A stretch of DNA of 56,859 nucleotides, filler included, from Sphacelaria rigidula (Eukaryota), in NCBI GenBank assembly GCA_964200075.2. It is 4 parts of 4 records of this genome, joined end to end, with 100 filler letters (N's around TTAATTAATTAA, not from the genome) between each part and the next. Parts side by side here need not be neighbours in the genome. Positions count along the whole stretch, not along the records: positions 28,483 to 42,621 come from CAXNAA020002434.1; positions 42,722 to 56,859 come from CAXNAA020002435.1; 2 more parts are not named here. One strand, given 5' to 3'. Below the pieces are notes generated by a model. The model had not been told where the DNA came from, did not search any database, and worked only from the letters and a program-made list of their open reading frames with translations. Positions 40,080 to 52,881 of this stretch are shown piece by piece (within the stretch, counting starts at the first letter, position 1; each line of letters opens with the position of its first letter). A program made the position numbers and the translations under genes.

Positions 40080-40997
40080 ATGCAACGACACATGATCGTC
40101 GCTGCTTCAGCCGCCTTGGCTGCGGTCGTGGTTGACGTCGGATACGGCTTTGTGTCACTATCTCCTGTTCCTGTACGGAGCGCGACCAGGGCCACCAGTT
40201 CGCTGTCTCCGACTGGATGGGTAAAGCATTCGTCACGTTTGATATTGCAACTGGAGAGCGGGCGACATTATGCGCAGAGGTCACACATCGCCATGTCCGA
40301 AAGCTTTGCGGACCGCGAGGCTGCTGTTCTTGAAGTGCTGTCGGCAGTAATTGATCCTGACCTCGGACAAGACATCGTCTCGCTTGGTTTCGTCAAGGAT
40401 ATTCAGATAGAAAATCGAGAGGGAGAAACTGAAGGAGCAGCGGTTGCTTTTAACGTGGAGCTGACCACACCCGCATGTCCTGTCAAGGAGGCTTTCCAAA
40501 CAGAATGCCGTGATCTCGTCGAAGAGTTGCCATGGGTTGGACGTGCTGATGTGAACATGACCGCCCAGCCCATGCGACCGCAATCGGACACTGTGCCTAC
40601 CGGCCTGTCGAAGGTTGCCAACGTTGTGGCAGTGTCTAGTTGCAAAGGTGGGGTGGGGAAATCCACGACAGCTGTGAATCTGGCCTATGCTTTACATGCT
40701 CAAGGCGCCAAGGTCGGAATCCTTGATGCTGATATATACGGCCCAAGTCTGCCGACTATGGTCAAGCCTGACAACGATGTGGTTGAATTTGTGGGAAACC
40801 AAATTCGCCCGTTGCAGGCTCACGGAGTGAAGCTCATGAGTTACGGCTTTGTCAATCAGGGCGCGGCCATCATGCGCGGACCGATGGTGTCTCAGCTACT
40901 GCAACAATTTGTAACGCTCACCAGCTGGGGGGAGCTGGATTACCTGGTACTTGACATGCCGCCGGGCACTGGCGACATTCAACTGACTCTGTGCCAG
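40080..40997 (+). CDS. HCF101: Plastid Fe-S cluster assembly factor HCF101 (Mrp/NBP35 family), exon 1; remainder not found on this contig
   Basis: Signal peptide plus GYG-FVS (ASAFAP-type) leader, DUF59 ([24 protein letters not shown]), Walker [36 protein letters not shown], and a CAG|GTGAG donor. Confidence 0.92.
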
Positions 40998-41394
40998 GTG
41001 AGGCTCGAGGATCATTTTCCGCACCTATTTTGGGTGTGTGTGTAATACCAACTTCCGGTAGATTTTGAAACAGTGAACATGATCTACATCGCTCGAGGCC
41101 ATGTTTTATGTGGGTGTGGATTTTTTTTCTCGATTGGATTTGTGTTGGAGAATCCAATCGGCCCAAATGTCGAGTGTTTTATCCCGCTTCGCCAAAGCCA
41201 ACGTGTGCACAGCCCACAACTTCCCCCACACAGTGACGATGAGAGCCGGCTATTTTGCATAACGTACCGACACAGGAAGTAGAGCAGCACACCAAGTATT
41301 GGGGCATGGCGTGGACCATGGCCGTCACATTGCTCCTGGCGGTGACGGAGGTCAGTTATTGAAGATATTCAAGGCTCCGCACCTTACACGTGCC

Positions 41395-41540
41395 ACAGCG
41401 TTACACGTTATGTTCACGTTATGCTTTGGCCAAAACGTAACGTAAATTGACTGTTTAATTTTCAAATGGAACGTTAACGTAACTTTATTTTCTTTAACGT
41501 ACCAAACGAAACGTAACGTGAACGTTAAATTGTCCAAACG
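41395..41540. repeat. AACGT/ACGTT-rich low-complexity repeat
   Basis: Dense TAACGT/ACGTTA motifs. Confidence 0.6.
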
Positions 41541-42089
41541 CTCTAAACACCTACGAGCTGGTCTAGCCTAGAAAAGGATTTGAGCTCTCAAAGAAATATC
41601 TCATCGACACAGACGAGTTGGGCCGTGATCGGCATATAGTATTAATCGTCTAATCAAGGGGAAGATGCCCATCTGCTCAAAAGTCTGGGACAATATTTTC
41701 TCGTCGATCAAACCTCATGTCTAGTAATTCCTACAGTATACCATACGGAGATAGCGTCCATACCAAAATCTAAATGAAACCCCGAACGATACATTCAGTG
41801 GATGATGATTTTTGGTGTGGACACTCCCTGGAGCACCGCAAACGATTGATACCCTCACCTTCACCTAATGCGTAAACCATCTCGAGATATGGTGCGCGCA
41901 AGGTTCCACACAAAAACCACTATATTACGAGCAGAGGCACTAGATGCCCTAAATCTGGATATCGCGTCTCAGTTTTTGAGGGTTGTACCTTAGAATTTCG
42001 TATGGAGAACCGCTGGTGCATGATGTAGTAAAATAAACCATTTTTTTTTTTCGTGCTTTTAGGGGACCTTCGAAAAGAGATGATCATTG

Positions 42090-42621
42090 CAAGAGTAGGT
42101 CGAGTAGAGTATACTCAATACTCAGTGATTTTGAAGAGTCATACTTTTAGTACTCGAAGTTTGAGTAGAGTATTCGAGGTCGTACTCAACCTACTCAATT
42201 AGTCGAGTAGAGTATTTGATATGATACTTAGTCTCCTCGAAATTTGAATGGAGTATTGAGATCATACTCAAGTGATACTCCATACTCAAGTACTACTGAG
42301 AGTGCTCAGTCAAATTTGAGGAGAGTATTTGAGGTCGTACTCGATTTACTCAAAATTTGAGTAGAGTATTGGAAGCCGTACTCAACGTACTATAAATTTG
42401 AGTAGAGTATTTGAGGCCATACTCAACGTACTCAGAATTTGTGTAGAGTATTGAGGTCATACTCAAGTGATACTCTATACTCAAGTATTACAGAGAGTGC
42501 TAACTCAATACTCCGAGTAGAGTATTTGAGGTCGTACTCGACCTACTCAAAATTTGAGTAGAGTATTGGAGGCCGTACTCAACGTACTCAAAATTTGAGT
42601 AGAGTATTTGAGGCCGGATCC
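42090..42621. repeat. TIR element carrying the 41-bp palindromic minisatellite (5' end)
   Basis: Starts CAAGAGTAGGTCGAGTAGAGT, the near reverse complement of the end at 29947. Same units; the contig breaks inside it. Confidence 0.9.
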
Positions 42622-42721
42622 NNNNNNNNNNNNNNNNNNNNNNNNNNNNNNNNNNNNNNNNNNNNTTAATTAATTAANNNNNNNNNNNNNNNNNNNNNNN
42701 NNNNNNNNNNNNNNNNNNNNN
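42622..42721. other. Artificial contig linker
   Basis: Same 100-bp N-TTAATTAATTAA-N structure. Confidence 0.97.
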
Positions 42722-43740
42722 CTACTGGATTTTTCTTATCTTCGTTACAGACGAGTACCGCGCATTTGTTGACGTTCGCTGTCACTCCCCAATTCCTAGT
42801 GTATTCTAGCGCCCTCTCTCTGTTTCTGTAGTCCTTCTGGTGTCCCTAGAATCCCACCAAAATCATCCGCGAGCATCAATCCTGATACCATATATTCCCC
42901 CACCTGATTCCCTTGCTTTGCTGCTTCTATTGCTATTATCAGTTCATTGGTAAATATCTTGAACAAAGTGGGTAATAACGTGTTGGAAGTTGAGAAATAA
43001 CAGTTCCGAATATACATACTCGAGATTAGCGGTTGGACTAGTTACGGTTCATCGTTAGAACAAATATCGTAGGAATAACAGAAGTAATGAGATATCCGTC
43101 GTAGAATAATGAATGACTCATGTACTGTATAGCTCGTATACAGAGAGTCAGCATATTGTCAGAATATTGAAGGGTTGAGTACCAAGAGTTTGAGGTGTCA
43201 TCAGTTTAGATAGAAAGTTTTATGGTGTCCAAGAGTTTTATTGACAGAGTGAAATAGCGCCACGCTATTTACTCTCCAAAGCGACCCACATCAAGGAAGT
43301 CACCACTTTGTGATCAGTGTTCTAAGAGTAGAGACTGATTGTGTTTTTTTTAAGTAACGCCCAGATGAAGCGGCAAGTTTAAGCATCCTCTCTCTCGTAC
43401 AACAAGTGTTTAACCAACACTGTGCAGCCTCTGCGAGCTCTTTTGTTGGAGCTGGGTTCACAAGTTGAACCGATTGTTCCTGTCTACTGACAGTCGAGCG
43501 TTGTGTGTGATACACAAGCCAGAGCCATACTTTTCACAGGTTTATCAGCCTCGCGTACCATAACGTACATCCTTGTGCAACTCCTTGCAGAATCTCAAAA
43601 TGACTCGATATTTCCTCGTCTAGAATCATGGCACTTTTTTGCACATTCTGTCATCTTCTTCACCGTTCTCCACATCTTTCCTCTGATCCCAGCTTCCCAC
43701 AACGTTTCTACAATCGATTTCTCCATACTATGTCATAAGC
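42722..43740 (-). mobile_element. LINE reverse-transcriptase fragment interrupted by an insertion
   Basis: LWEAGIRGKMWR...GVAQGCTL|LPTLFKIF...GLMLADDF. The frame is restored when 42981-43560 plus one TSD is removed. Confidence 0.85.
42981..43560. mobile_element. Solo-LTR-like insertion (580 bp)
   Basis: TGTTGG...CCA ends and a 5-bp TSD TAACG (42976-80, 43561-65). Confidence 0.8.
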
Positions 43741-44678
43741 CTTGTGCACGTCTAGATGAGGTTGGGGGGGGGGGGCGTAGTCATTTATAGTCTACCGCAG
43801 TCGTTTGACCATTGAAGACGCATCCCTTTCGAGACGGATAGGCTACGATATACAGGGGGGGGGGTGATTCTACGAAGAAAAGGCTCATAGGTGTGTTACA
43901 CAACGTAACACACTCGCGGTGCGCTTGCAATTGAGTAAAGAACGGTATCAAGCAGTAATAACTACTTTTCTTTTACCGTAACATGTGCGACAATCGACCA
44001 ATCAAATCAGTCAACACATGCGTTCGAACAACCGCTGCTGTTTTCAACGATTATCTGAAGTGGAATTCGTGAAAGACATTACCCGAAGTACCCTGCTCCC
44101 TATCGTAGCATGACTTAACACTCAATAATATCGGGGACCCGTCACTGATCGTGCATGGTGCTCGCGGCACTGGCACATCTCACTGGCACGTACCATGGAA
44201 TCGGCACGTACCAGTGGCGCCTGACGAACAATGACACGTCCCACTGGCACCCGCCGAGATCCCCCCAAACCTCGCGCTAGTCCCAACCCTAGCTCCAACC
44301 CCAACCCTTAGACTGTTACGCCAGTTCTGAGCGTTGCGTCTGCCGCTTATCACAACAGTTTCTGACTAACGAGCGACCGTTGACGGTACCATGTGGCACA
44401 TTCAAGTGACACCTCCCCAGGAGGCACCAGCAGCGTGCACTCTGATGATTTCTGGGGCAATATCCCCACAACCGCTGATGGAACTGATCAATATTCACTA
44501 TTGGGGTCGACGTCAAATTTTCTCGGTGCATTTAGATCGATGAAATCGTTTTGACGACAGTTTGTCTCCTCTGGATATTCACCAAAATTCTCACGAAAAA
44601 CAAGACTGTTGGAGCCTTCTCGCCTGTTGTGCTCACAACGGTACCCATTGCGCATTCTGTCATAAAATATTGTGCTAG

Positions 44679-47600
44679 GTGTTACGCTTGCTGCGAGAGA
44701 CCGAAGAAACGAGAAAACAATCCAACGAAACTGAAAACCTCCCCGAGGGTACGAGGAGTAGTGCTGCTGCATCTGACTGCATCACCGGACTACGAATGGA
44801 TCACACGGCGACGCCTCGTGGTATTGCCATTCCACAGGCGGATGGCGCGGATGGTACTGATGTGAGCCATGACAAGCAGCAGCAACCTACGGAAACCACC
44901 CTAGAGCTAAGCTTCTACCGCATCAGCAGCTCAACTAGGTCAACCAAAATTTCAGTGGGCACGTGGGTGGTTGTTAGTCGAATGCGTGATATGCCTGGAC
45001 GTCGCCGTATGCGCGGCGACGGTAGTGCAACAGGTGAAGGAAAAGAAGGGTGCAAATCCGGTCGAACGTTCGCGCTTGTGATGGACAGGCCGCCGAAATC
45101 TTCCCAGGTCCCGCCATCGGGACTACATTGTGTGGGACAGGTTGTCCAGTTCAACGAGACCCCAATGAACGTTGTGGTGGCTCTTCAAGGGTGCCTGCAG
45201 GCAGCTCCTTGGGTTGTGAGACGGTGCCTCTCCCGGAAGCACAAGTGGCTATGGAGGTTGGATTCCGTTGGTAACATCACTGACTATCAGCGAAGCATGC
45301 GCAGTCTAAAGCGCGTGTCGGACTTCGGCACTCAGGCTACCCCCCTCCTGGATATTCTCGTTCACAGTCACGGGCACCACAAAAGCCTCGTTCGTGATGT
45401 CGACGGCCTTGCGAAAATCGAGCAAGCCCCCCCGCATGATATCAGCGGGGATTCAATTCTGTGTTCTCCCCAGGGGCCCGTGCACACTCATCAACATACC
45501 TCGACTAGCACAAACGGTCTCCAGCTAAATGCCAGTCAGCGTAGGGCGGTCGAAGCCGCGTTGTCGCAGCGGATAACTCTCATACATGGTCCTCCGGGTA
45601 CAGGAAAGACATCGGTGGTATGTGAGGTGGTTACCCAAGCTGTACGGGCCAACATAATGCGATCGAGGACCGGGAGCGGGAGTAGCTGCATCACCCGTCG
45701 CATGAAGACGTTAGTGGTAGCAGAAACAAATATTGCGGTGGACAACGTCCTGCGCCGTCTTTTGAAGACCACTGACCTTGTGCTCCTACGCCTAGGGAAT
45801 TTGTCCTCAGTGTCTTCAGACCTCGTTTATACTACCCTAGAGATGCAGCTGCGCAGGCGCTGTAGAGACGCTGGACGCGAGGCCACGTTCCGTGTGGCTG
45901 GAGGCGGTGGTACTCATCGCGTCGTGAGAGACAATCGCGCAGCGCAAAAGATCCTCAACGCGGCTGAAGTAGTTTTTGCTACATGTTCAGGAGCCGGGGA
46001 CCCTCTACTGGCCAAATCAAGTCTCCTGTTCGACTTGGTACTGCTGGACGAGGCGACCATGTCAACCGAGCCTTCTACGCTGAACGCTCTTGTTTACGGA
46101 GCCCGTCAGCTTGTACTCATTGGAGATCCACAACAATTGGCGCCCACGCTAGGATTAGACTGTACGCCTAAAGATCCGCAGGCGTCAGGAAGCACAAGCC
46201 AACTACTGGCCCTACGGCAATCGGGCACCACAGATTCAAATGATACTGGTGCGGAAGAGTTCAAAGGGGATTCTCCTCTTCAAGAGGTGGGCGATGATCA
46301 AAAACGCGGGACTCTGGCGAGAGAGCAGAGACACCATGGTGGTGCGTTCGAAGAATGCAAAGCCGAGGCAGCTAATGGAGATGGAGATGACATTGGGCGT
46401 GGTCTGGAGTCTGCGTCACCGCAGCTTGTCGAGCTATCAACGACGCTGTTCCACCGTCTGCATGACGCATTAAACGCGTGTTTCCTCGATACGCAGCACA
46501 GGATGCACCCCGGCTTGGCAGAATTTCCCAGTCAGGAGTTCTACGACGGAAAACTGATGTCTGGAGTCCAGGCAGAAGATCGGATTCCGCCTGACTTTCC
46601 GTGGCCAGACCGAACCAGGTAAGTGGCGCTGTTACGTGGAATCAATGTAACACCAGGGATCAATTCGCCGATGCATTTGATCGCTTCGTAGATCGGTCGT
46701 GCGGACTTGGTCACCGACTTACACTTTTGATGTACCAGACATTGTACATTCCCGCATACACGTACGCAAATACATGGAACCATTTTGAGTATCATGTTTT
46801 ATCAACATTGTGGTCGATCGGGAGTAATAGGCTAGCAAGCCATTACTACATCCGGTCGGTTGATCTGGTGCTGTGCAATCTGGTGCTGTGTGATCTGGTG
46901 CTGTGTGATCTGGTGCTGTGCGATCTGGTGCCTATACATAACCTCTTGGTGTGAAATTTCGACATTCGCGAGGTATGAACCTTGTCATCTTTCACACGTC
47001 GAACAACTCATGAACTAGCTCATCTGCGGCCCGTAGTTCACTCGTAGTAAAAAATATACATGAGAGCTACGTCCGGTAGCTCACCCAGGAATAATTTGAG
47101 CTGATGCGCTACTAGTCGGTAGCTCACCCCGGGCAAACATGCGTAGCTCATGCAGCTTTCATAGCTCACTCAGGGCGAATATGAGCTGATCAGCTACAGA
47201 TTGGTAGCTCACGTAGGGCAAACATGTGTAGCTCATGCAGCTATCATAGCACCCAGGGCAATCATGCGTAGCTCATGTAGCTTTCATAGCTCACTAGGGA
47301 GCTACGCTAAGATAGAGCTAGCTCGAGCTACAGGGAGCTGATTTGTCCGACGTGTGCAACGTTTAGTCTTACGTACGACGTTCGACGCGGGCTATTTTGT
47401 ACCTTGCTTCCACCGCGACCAGACCTCTTTGTTTCATTGACGTCCGAGAAACAACGGAGAGACGTGCTGGTACCTCGTTTGCTAACGACGGCGAAGTTCG
47501 AGCGGTAGTCCTTGTGATCAGACTTCTTTTGGAGAATGGAATGGAACCCCGTCATATCAGCGTTCTCACGCCATACACTGGGCAAGTTCGAGTGGCTCGT

Positions 47601-48683
47601 CAAGAATTCTGCGACCACGGCTACAACCTCGTTGAGGTTTGTTCCATCGATGGATTCCAGGTTCGTGCAACCGGTGCTTAATACATCGAATAAATTGACG
47701 TACATGTCTAGGGTGCAGTTACGCGCTTGAGTAGTTTCACTTCTATAAAGTACGCGTGGATATGTCATCGCCATATCGAGTACCGTATATTTCACTACGA
47801 ACGTGTATGGAGAACCGCGTCAACCTTGTAGGGCACGAGAGGTTCCTTATGCATACCATACGGAGCTTGTGATATCGATGCAAGGCCATTGTTAAATAGA
47901 AACCGCGCAAATTGACTCGAACAAAGACAGCTCAATTACTTTCGCCTCTGAGCAGCAAACAACAGCTCTCAGCCCTTGGAAATAACAATTCGCGAAAACT
48001 TGACGACGGTGTGGTGTTTGTCTCTGGTTTTGTGAAAAACACTGCAGGGGCGAGAAAACGAGGTGATCATATTTTCCGCCACCAGATCGAACTCCTTCGG
48101 GGGAGTCGGGTTCAGCGGGGACAACAGACGCGTCAACGTTCTGCTCACTCGAGCTCGCCGTGGCTTCATTTCCATAGGCAACGCTGAAACCCTGAGCAGC
48201 GGCTCTCCACTCTGGAGCCGGTGGCTAGACCATGTACGGAACAATCGGATGACTATCAGATACCTCGAACGCTTGACGTCAGGCACCAAAGAAAAAGCCC
48301 GTGACGGCCATGAGGCCCCACGGAAGAACAGCGGTGGCGGAATTCAAAGTGCACACCCACCGCCTTTGATGGGGACGATATCAAGTGATCCCTCCCGCGG
48401 CCGTACGGGCGGGGCAATTCCAGCAAATCCACTTTCCGACGGAACGTACCTACGAGAAGGAAGACAGATACGAGTCAGAGACTCCGGTATTCCTCAAGGA
48501 CGCAGGGGGCGGGCAGGTCGAGGTGGAAGGAATGACGGAGGAGAGCGGGTTCCTGGCGAAACCTCCCGATGGGCAGGTGGTAGGCCGGATGTTGGTGCTG
48601 GAGGGCGAGAACAAAGAGGGCGGAGAAGAGGCAGAAATATTCAGCGAGGACAAGGGAGGAGCGCACGATCGGGGAGGGGATGA
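44679..48683 (+). CDS. UPF1/IGHMBP2-like superfamily 1 helicase with RGG-rich tail; exons 44679-46618, 47423-47660, 48048-48683 (5' end uncertain)
   Basis: LNASQ, GPPGTGKT, AETNIAVDN, LLDEAT, IGDPQQL, QHRMHP, TPYTGQ, DGFQ|GRE and NVLLTRAR. Splice phases are compatible. Confidence 0.92.
46858..46930. repeat. 15-bp minisatellite x5 (GATCTGGTGCTGTGY)
   Basis: Directly visible tandem units in the helicase intron. Confidence 0.9.
46993..47356. mobile_element. MITE with an AGCT-palindrome-rich tandem interior
   Basis: TIR CACACGTCGAACAA / TTGTCCGACGTGTG with repeated TAGCTCA units inside. Confidence 0.7.
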
Positions 48684-49872
48684 TAATATCGAACTGACCT
48701 GGGACTGATTGAGTGTGCCATACCTCACTATGCATGTAGCACTCCGGTGATCTACGTGGTACGTGTGATACCAGTTACGATGGAAGGTTGAGGGTCAGAT
48801 TCCCGTCTGATGGACTTGAGTCTTGTCTCAAAATTGAATGATATCGGTCTTTGGAAACGCAACGACGTGAGTAGCAACGGAAGATTTGATGGGAGCCGGT
48901 GCGGAAGCGAGCGCTGATGAATTCGTGACATGCATGGCTTATACGTGGAGAAAAATCGGTTGGTCCCTTGCGAGCACGGCTCGTCCCGAGGAGGGAGAGG
49001 GGTTGAAAACATGATGAGAGGAAATCATACATGAAAATGAGCTTCAGACTCGGTACCTTCATGTTCCGTGTTCTGAGGGAACAAAAGCACGGCCGTACCG
49101 ATGAGAATAGTGTTGCCTTAATCAATATCGGTGCCCTGCAACACCTTATTCCCGTAGACTACGCGGAGTACGTGCTTCTCTCATTCCGTGCAAGGTACAT
49201 TACCTCTTCGTAAAACGGAACGGCAGTTGTATTTCATCGTGCTGTGGTTCCATGGCGTGCCATATGATACTGGGGATATCTTACTGCGTCTGTCGGCGCT
49301 CCACCTCAGGAGATTGATGATACTCTTAATCGACTGTGCTCACGCTCTGCCATGGGCAACAGAAACGCAGGATACAATGCGGTACAAATAGCATGGACCA
49401 TGTTGCAATTGCGGAGGGTTAGGTGACCAATCAGAGGGATGATGTATAATGACGTAGGTTATGCGAGTACATTCACGTGTGCTGTACGAGCATCCTGGTC
49501 GAGCACCGCCCTCCTCAGTCAGTTCATCTTGGTCCATCTTGGTTCTGGGTTCTGGGTGCCAACTGCCTGCCTTGCTCTGGGGGTTATCATAAGTGTACGT
49601 GGTGAGTCTGTGAGAGTGATACTGAAGTGAGAGGGATATTAAGCGTGTATTACTGTGTGACTGAGTTGATTGGATTGTGTGAGAGTGAACAGGGTGAAGT
49701 GAAGAGATAATACAAACGTTGTGGAACATTGCTAATTGCCTGAGCCAAGGTGTTGACTGCTGTTCACCCACTTTATCTGTGAGGACGCTTACCCCTCATC
49801 AGAGCGGTCGATTAACTCTCACTTTGTATAATTCTGCCATTTCATGCAAACGTTACACCCGCAGGCCAGACC

Positions 49873-50100
49873 GCTTCGTCCGTGACCGGCAAAAATCGAT
49901 ATATGATAGCCTAACAGCTGTTTGTGAATAAACTGGTCATCCGTGACGCCAGCGATTCGAATGGTGCCCCTTCGACAGGCAACACCACCACTTCATCCGT
50001 GACCGCGGAAATCGATATATGATAGCTGAACAGCAATTAATTGGTGAATGAACTAGTCGTCCGTGAAGTCAGCGATTCGAACGGTGCCCCTTCGAGAGGC
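49873..50100. repeat. ~118-bp tandem duplication
   Basis: TCCGTGACC...AAATCGATATATGATAGC...CAGCGATTCGAAxGGTGCCCCTTCGA occurs twice. Confidence 0.85.
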
Positions 50101-51086
50101 ATATACCATGGAGCAATATCACGATGGAACTTGACGTGAAACGCAAGATACATAAACCACCGGTGCCATCTCAACCCCTAGCCTCGACGGCCTCCCTAAT
50201 AAGAGGAGTTGACAACCAAGGATCATATGTCTTGGGCTAGGAAGTTATTGCGATTTGAGATAACCAACTACATACTTGCGCTTGGATCTTGACTTTATAG
50301 CAACATCACGGTGCAACATTTGGCGGCCCAACGAAATCATAACCCATGTAACAATTTCAGTATGTCTTGCTTTGAGCCAATGTATACGCTGCATATTAAA
50401 ATATCGTGATTGTCACAATCCCCCGCCCCTCTGCACCGGGAGGTATCCCCCTCCAACGCTGCCTCATTTCGCATATACCGATATGAGGTTCACGTGGCAT
50501 GACTAAATTGCAGGATTGGTGCGAAGCAGTTACGCCCAGGTAGATCATGTTTCCCAAAAAGCAGGAGGTAGCAGTAGAGCCGGCGTGGCTAGGTGATCGA
50601 ACGAATGCGGTGTACACTCGTGTCGATGACGATACCACCGGAAGAGCAACAGCAGAGGGGAAGCTCCTCGCCCGTGTCCTTTGTGTGTCCTCATGTTGCG
50701 AGCATATACCCAATTTGCCATGTGCCGGCAGGCGGGCTATTGCTCCACAGCCCCGCAAAAATGTCGAGGTGCCGAGGGATGCCGTCTCTCCTTGTCTGTG
50801 GCACTGACCAATGCAAAGATCTATTCCTCTCTGCCTCTCCTTTTGGATAGGACGCGCATCTGTGCGCTGCAAAACACAACGTTGAAAAAGAGGGCGATGT
50901 TCCCGTTATCACCACTACTGTTCTCCCTTACACACAAGGCAGTGAGGGCGGTTGCGGCAATAATATCCAATTGAAACTTGAGGGGTGTTATCGTCATCGT
51001 TGATTTTTCCCAACATCTGCACCTGTGCGTGCACGACAAGGACAAGAATGTGCCACACCCCAGTTGGGGAAATGTATGAGAGATCA

Positions 51087-52372
51087 AACACACTTGTGGA
51101 GACCGTCTTAGCTTGCGGATCGAAACATTAATGAAAGCTCCGGCGGTGACCTAACTGTTGCTGGCGTGACCCATAGAGGGGGCGTCATTCCGTAATCTGA
51201 GCTCTTCTGATGCATAACTGGTCCAGAGCTCAGCAGACTGCGTGGGTTCGGGTATGTTTCGAAACGCCCCGTGTGAGTAGGTCATTACAAGCTGGGGCGA
51301 AACATGTGGTTTCCCAAGGAACAAGAGTGTTCTGTGATCAAGCACTTTACGTCGAATTTGTGACCCACGTCATAAACCGCCGACCGTAAAGGTCTTGGCT
51401 GAGAACAGCTCTCATCATGCAGCGTTGGCGGCAGTACGTGAAACAAGACCAGACATAGATCACCTTCTTTGCTTTACTGACTGACTGTACAATCAGGGTA
51501 GCACCGAAAATTACAATGGTTGTGCAATCGAACAGTGTTGTTTTTTCAACTTCTTTCATGTAATCAAAACGGCTCTCAAGAGCTGTGGGAAAATGCCCGC
51601 TTTGAGTTCGATCAAACATGAGAAGATACTGTCCAACAGTTATACCAAAGGGTTATGGGATTGGCATCGACCAACCAATATAGAACAAAACTGAAATGGA
51701 TACGTTTAAGTTCGACATGAAAAATTGTGTCGATATAACGCTTTGCAGGTGGGAAAACGTGGAATCTCATTTAGAGCAAAGTCTCTGTGCCTGTCAATGT
51801 TCCATAGAGCTTGTAAATCATATGTCGTCGCTTTCTAAACACCTGGCGAGAGCGGGGAAGGCACCCTCCCGCAGCCAATGGGAGCCGTTTTGATTCTATG
51901 GGACAAGTTTACAAACAGCACTGTTCGACTGCACAACCATTGTAAATTTCGGTGCTTTGCTGATTGTACAGTCAGTCAGAGTAGAGCAAATAAAATGAGC
52001 TAGGTCCGGGCTTGTCTACTGTACCGCCACCAACACTGCTTGAGCGCTATTCTTAGCCAAGACCTTTACGGTCAGTCGGCCATTGATGGCACGGATCACA
52101 AATTCAACGGAAAGTGCTTGATCACAGAGCACTCGTGTTTCTTGGGAAACCATAGGTGTGGCCACAGCTTGTAATGACCTACTCACACGGGAGGTTTCGA
52201 AACATGCCCACACCCACGCAGTCTGCTGAGGACCGGACCGGCTGTGCATCAGCAGAGCTCAGACTACAGCATGGCGGCCCCTCTATGGGTCACGCCAGCA
52301 ACAGTTAGGTCACCACCGGATCTATCACTAATGTTTCACTCCGCATGCTAAGACGGTCTCCACAAGTGTGTT
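51087..52372. mobile_element. Long-TIR foldback element (~460-bp arms, non-coding), Mutator-like architecture
   Basis: 51087-~51545 is the diverged reverse complement of ~51915-52372. Confidence 0.85.
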
Positions 52373-52374
52373 CG

Positions 52375-52526
52375 TGTTCGAAATTATTAGCTGGCACGGC
52401 ACTGTCTCACTCGACAGTTGAGCAGAGGCTTGCACTATAGCGGTAAAGCTACTTGCGAGGAGCCAGTGTAGTGAGATCAAGATAGTGTAGTTCGGCGCTT
52501 TTGGCCTAAACTATCGTTTCCCAACT
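52375..52526 (-). repeat. 3' LTR (~150 bp)
   Basis: The first ~45 bp match 56713-56760; a polypurine tract is adjacent on the minus strand. Confidence 0.75.
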
Positions 52527-52881
52527 CTCTCTCCCCCCTCAAAAAACACCCTTCCCAAAAGGGAGAAAAAAAAGGACAAAGTAGGCAAGGACGGAAAGAA
52601 CATCGCAAGCCTAGAGATCGTTGCACGCATTGTTCCTATAGCGTGTTTTCTGGACCTTGTATCATAAATTCAGGAGTCTGCACACTGTGGTTTTAGGATG
52701 CTCCTCTGGACCTTGAGACTGCACTCGAATAAAAACAAAACATTCAAAACAAATTTATTCAACGCAGGTAATTTTCCGCGCCTTCTTTATAATGTACGAG
52801 TATTACAGGCATCCTACACCTACTTGGGTTCTATCACTCAATCACACTTCTTGACCGAAAAATCGAACAAAATCAAGTTCC

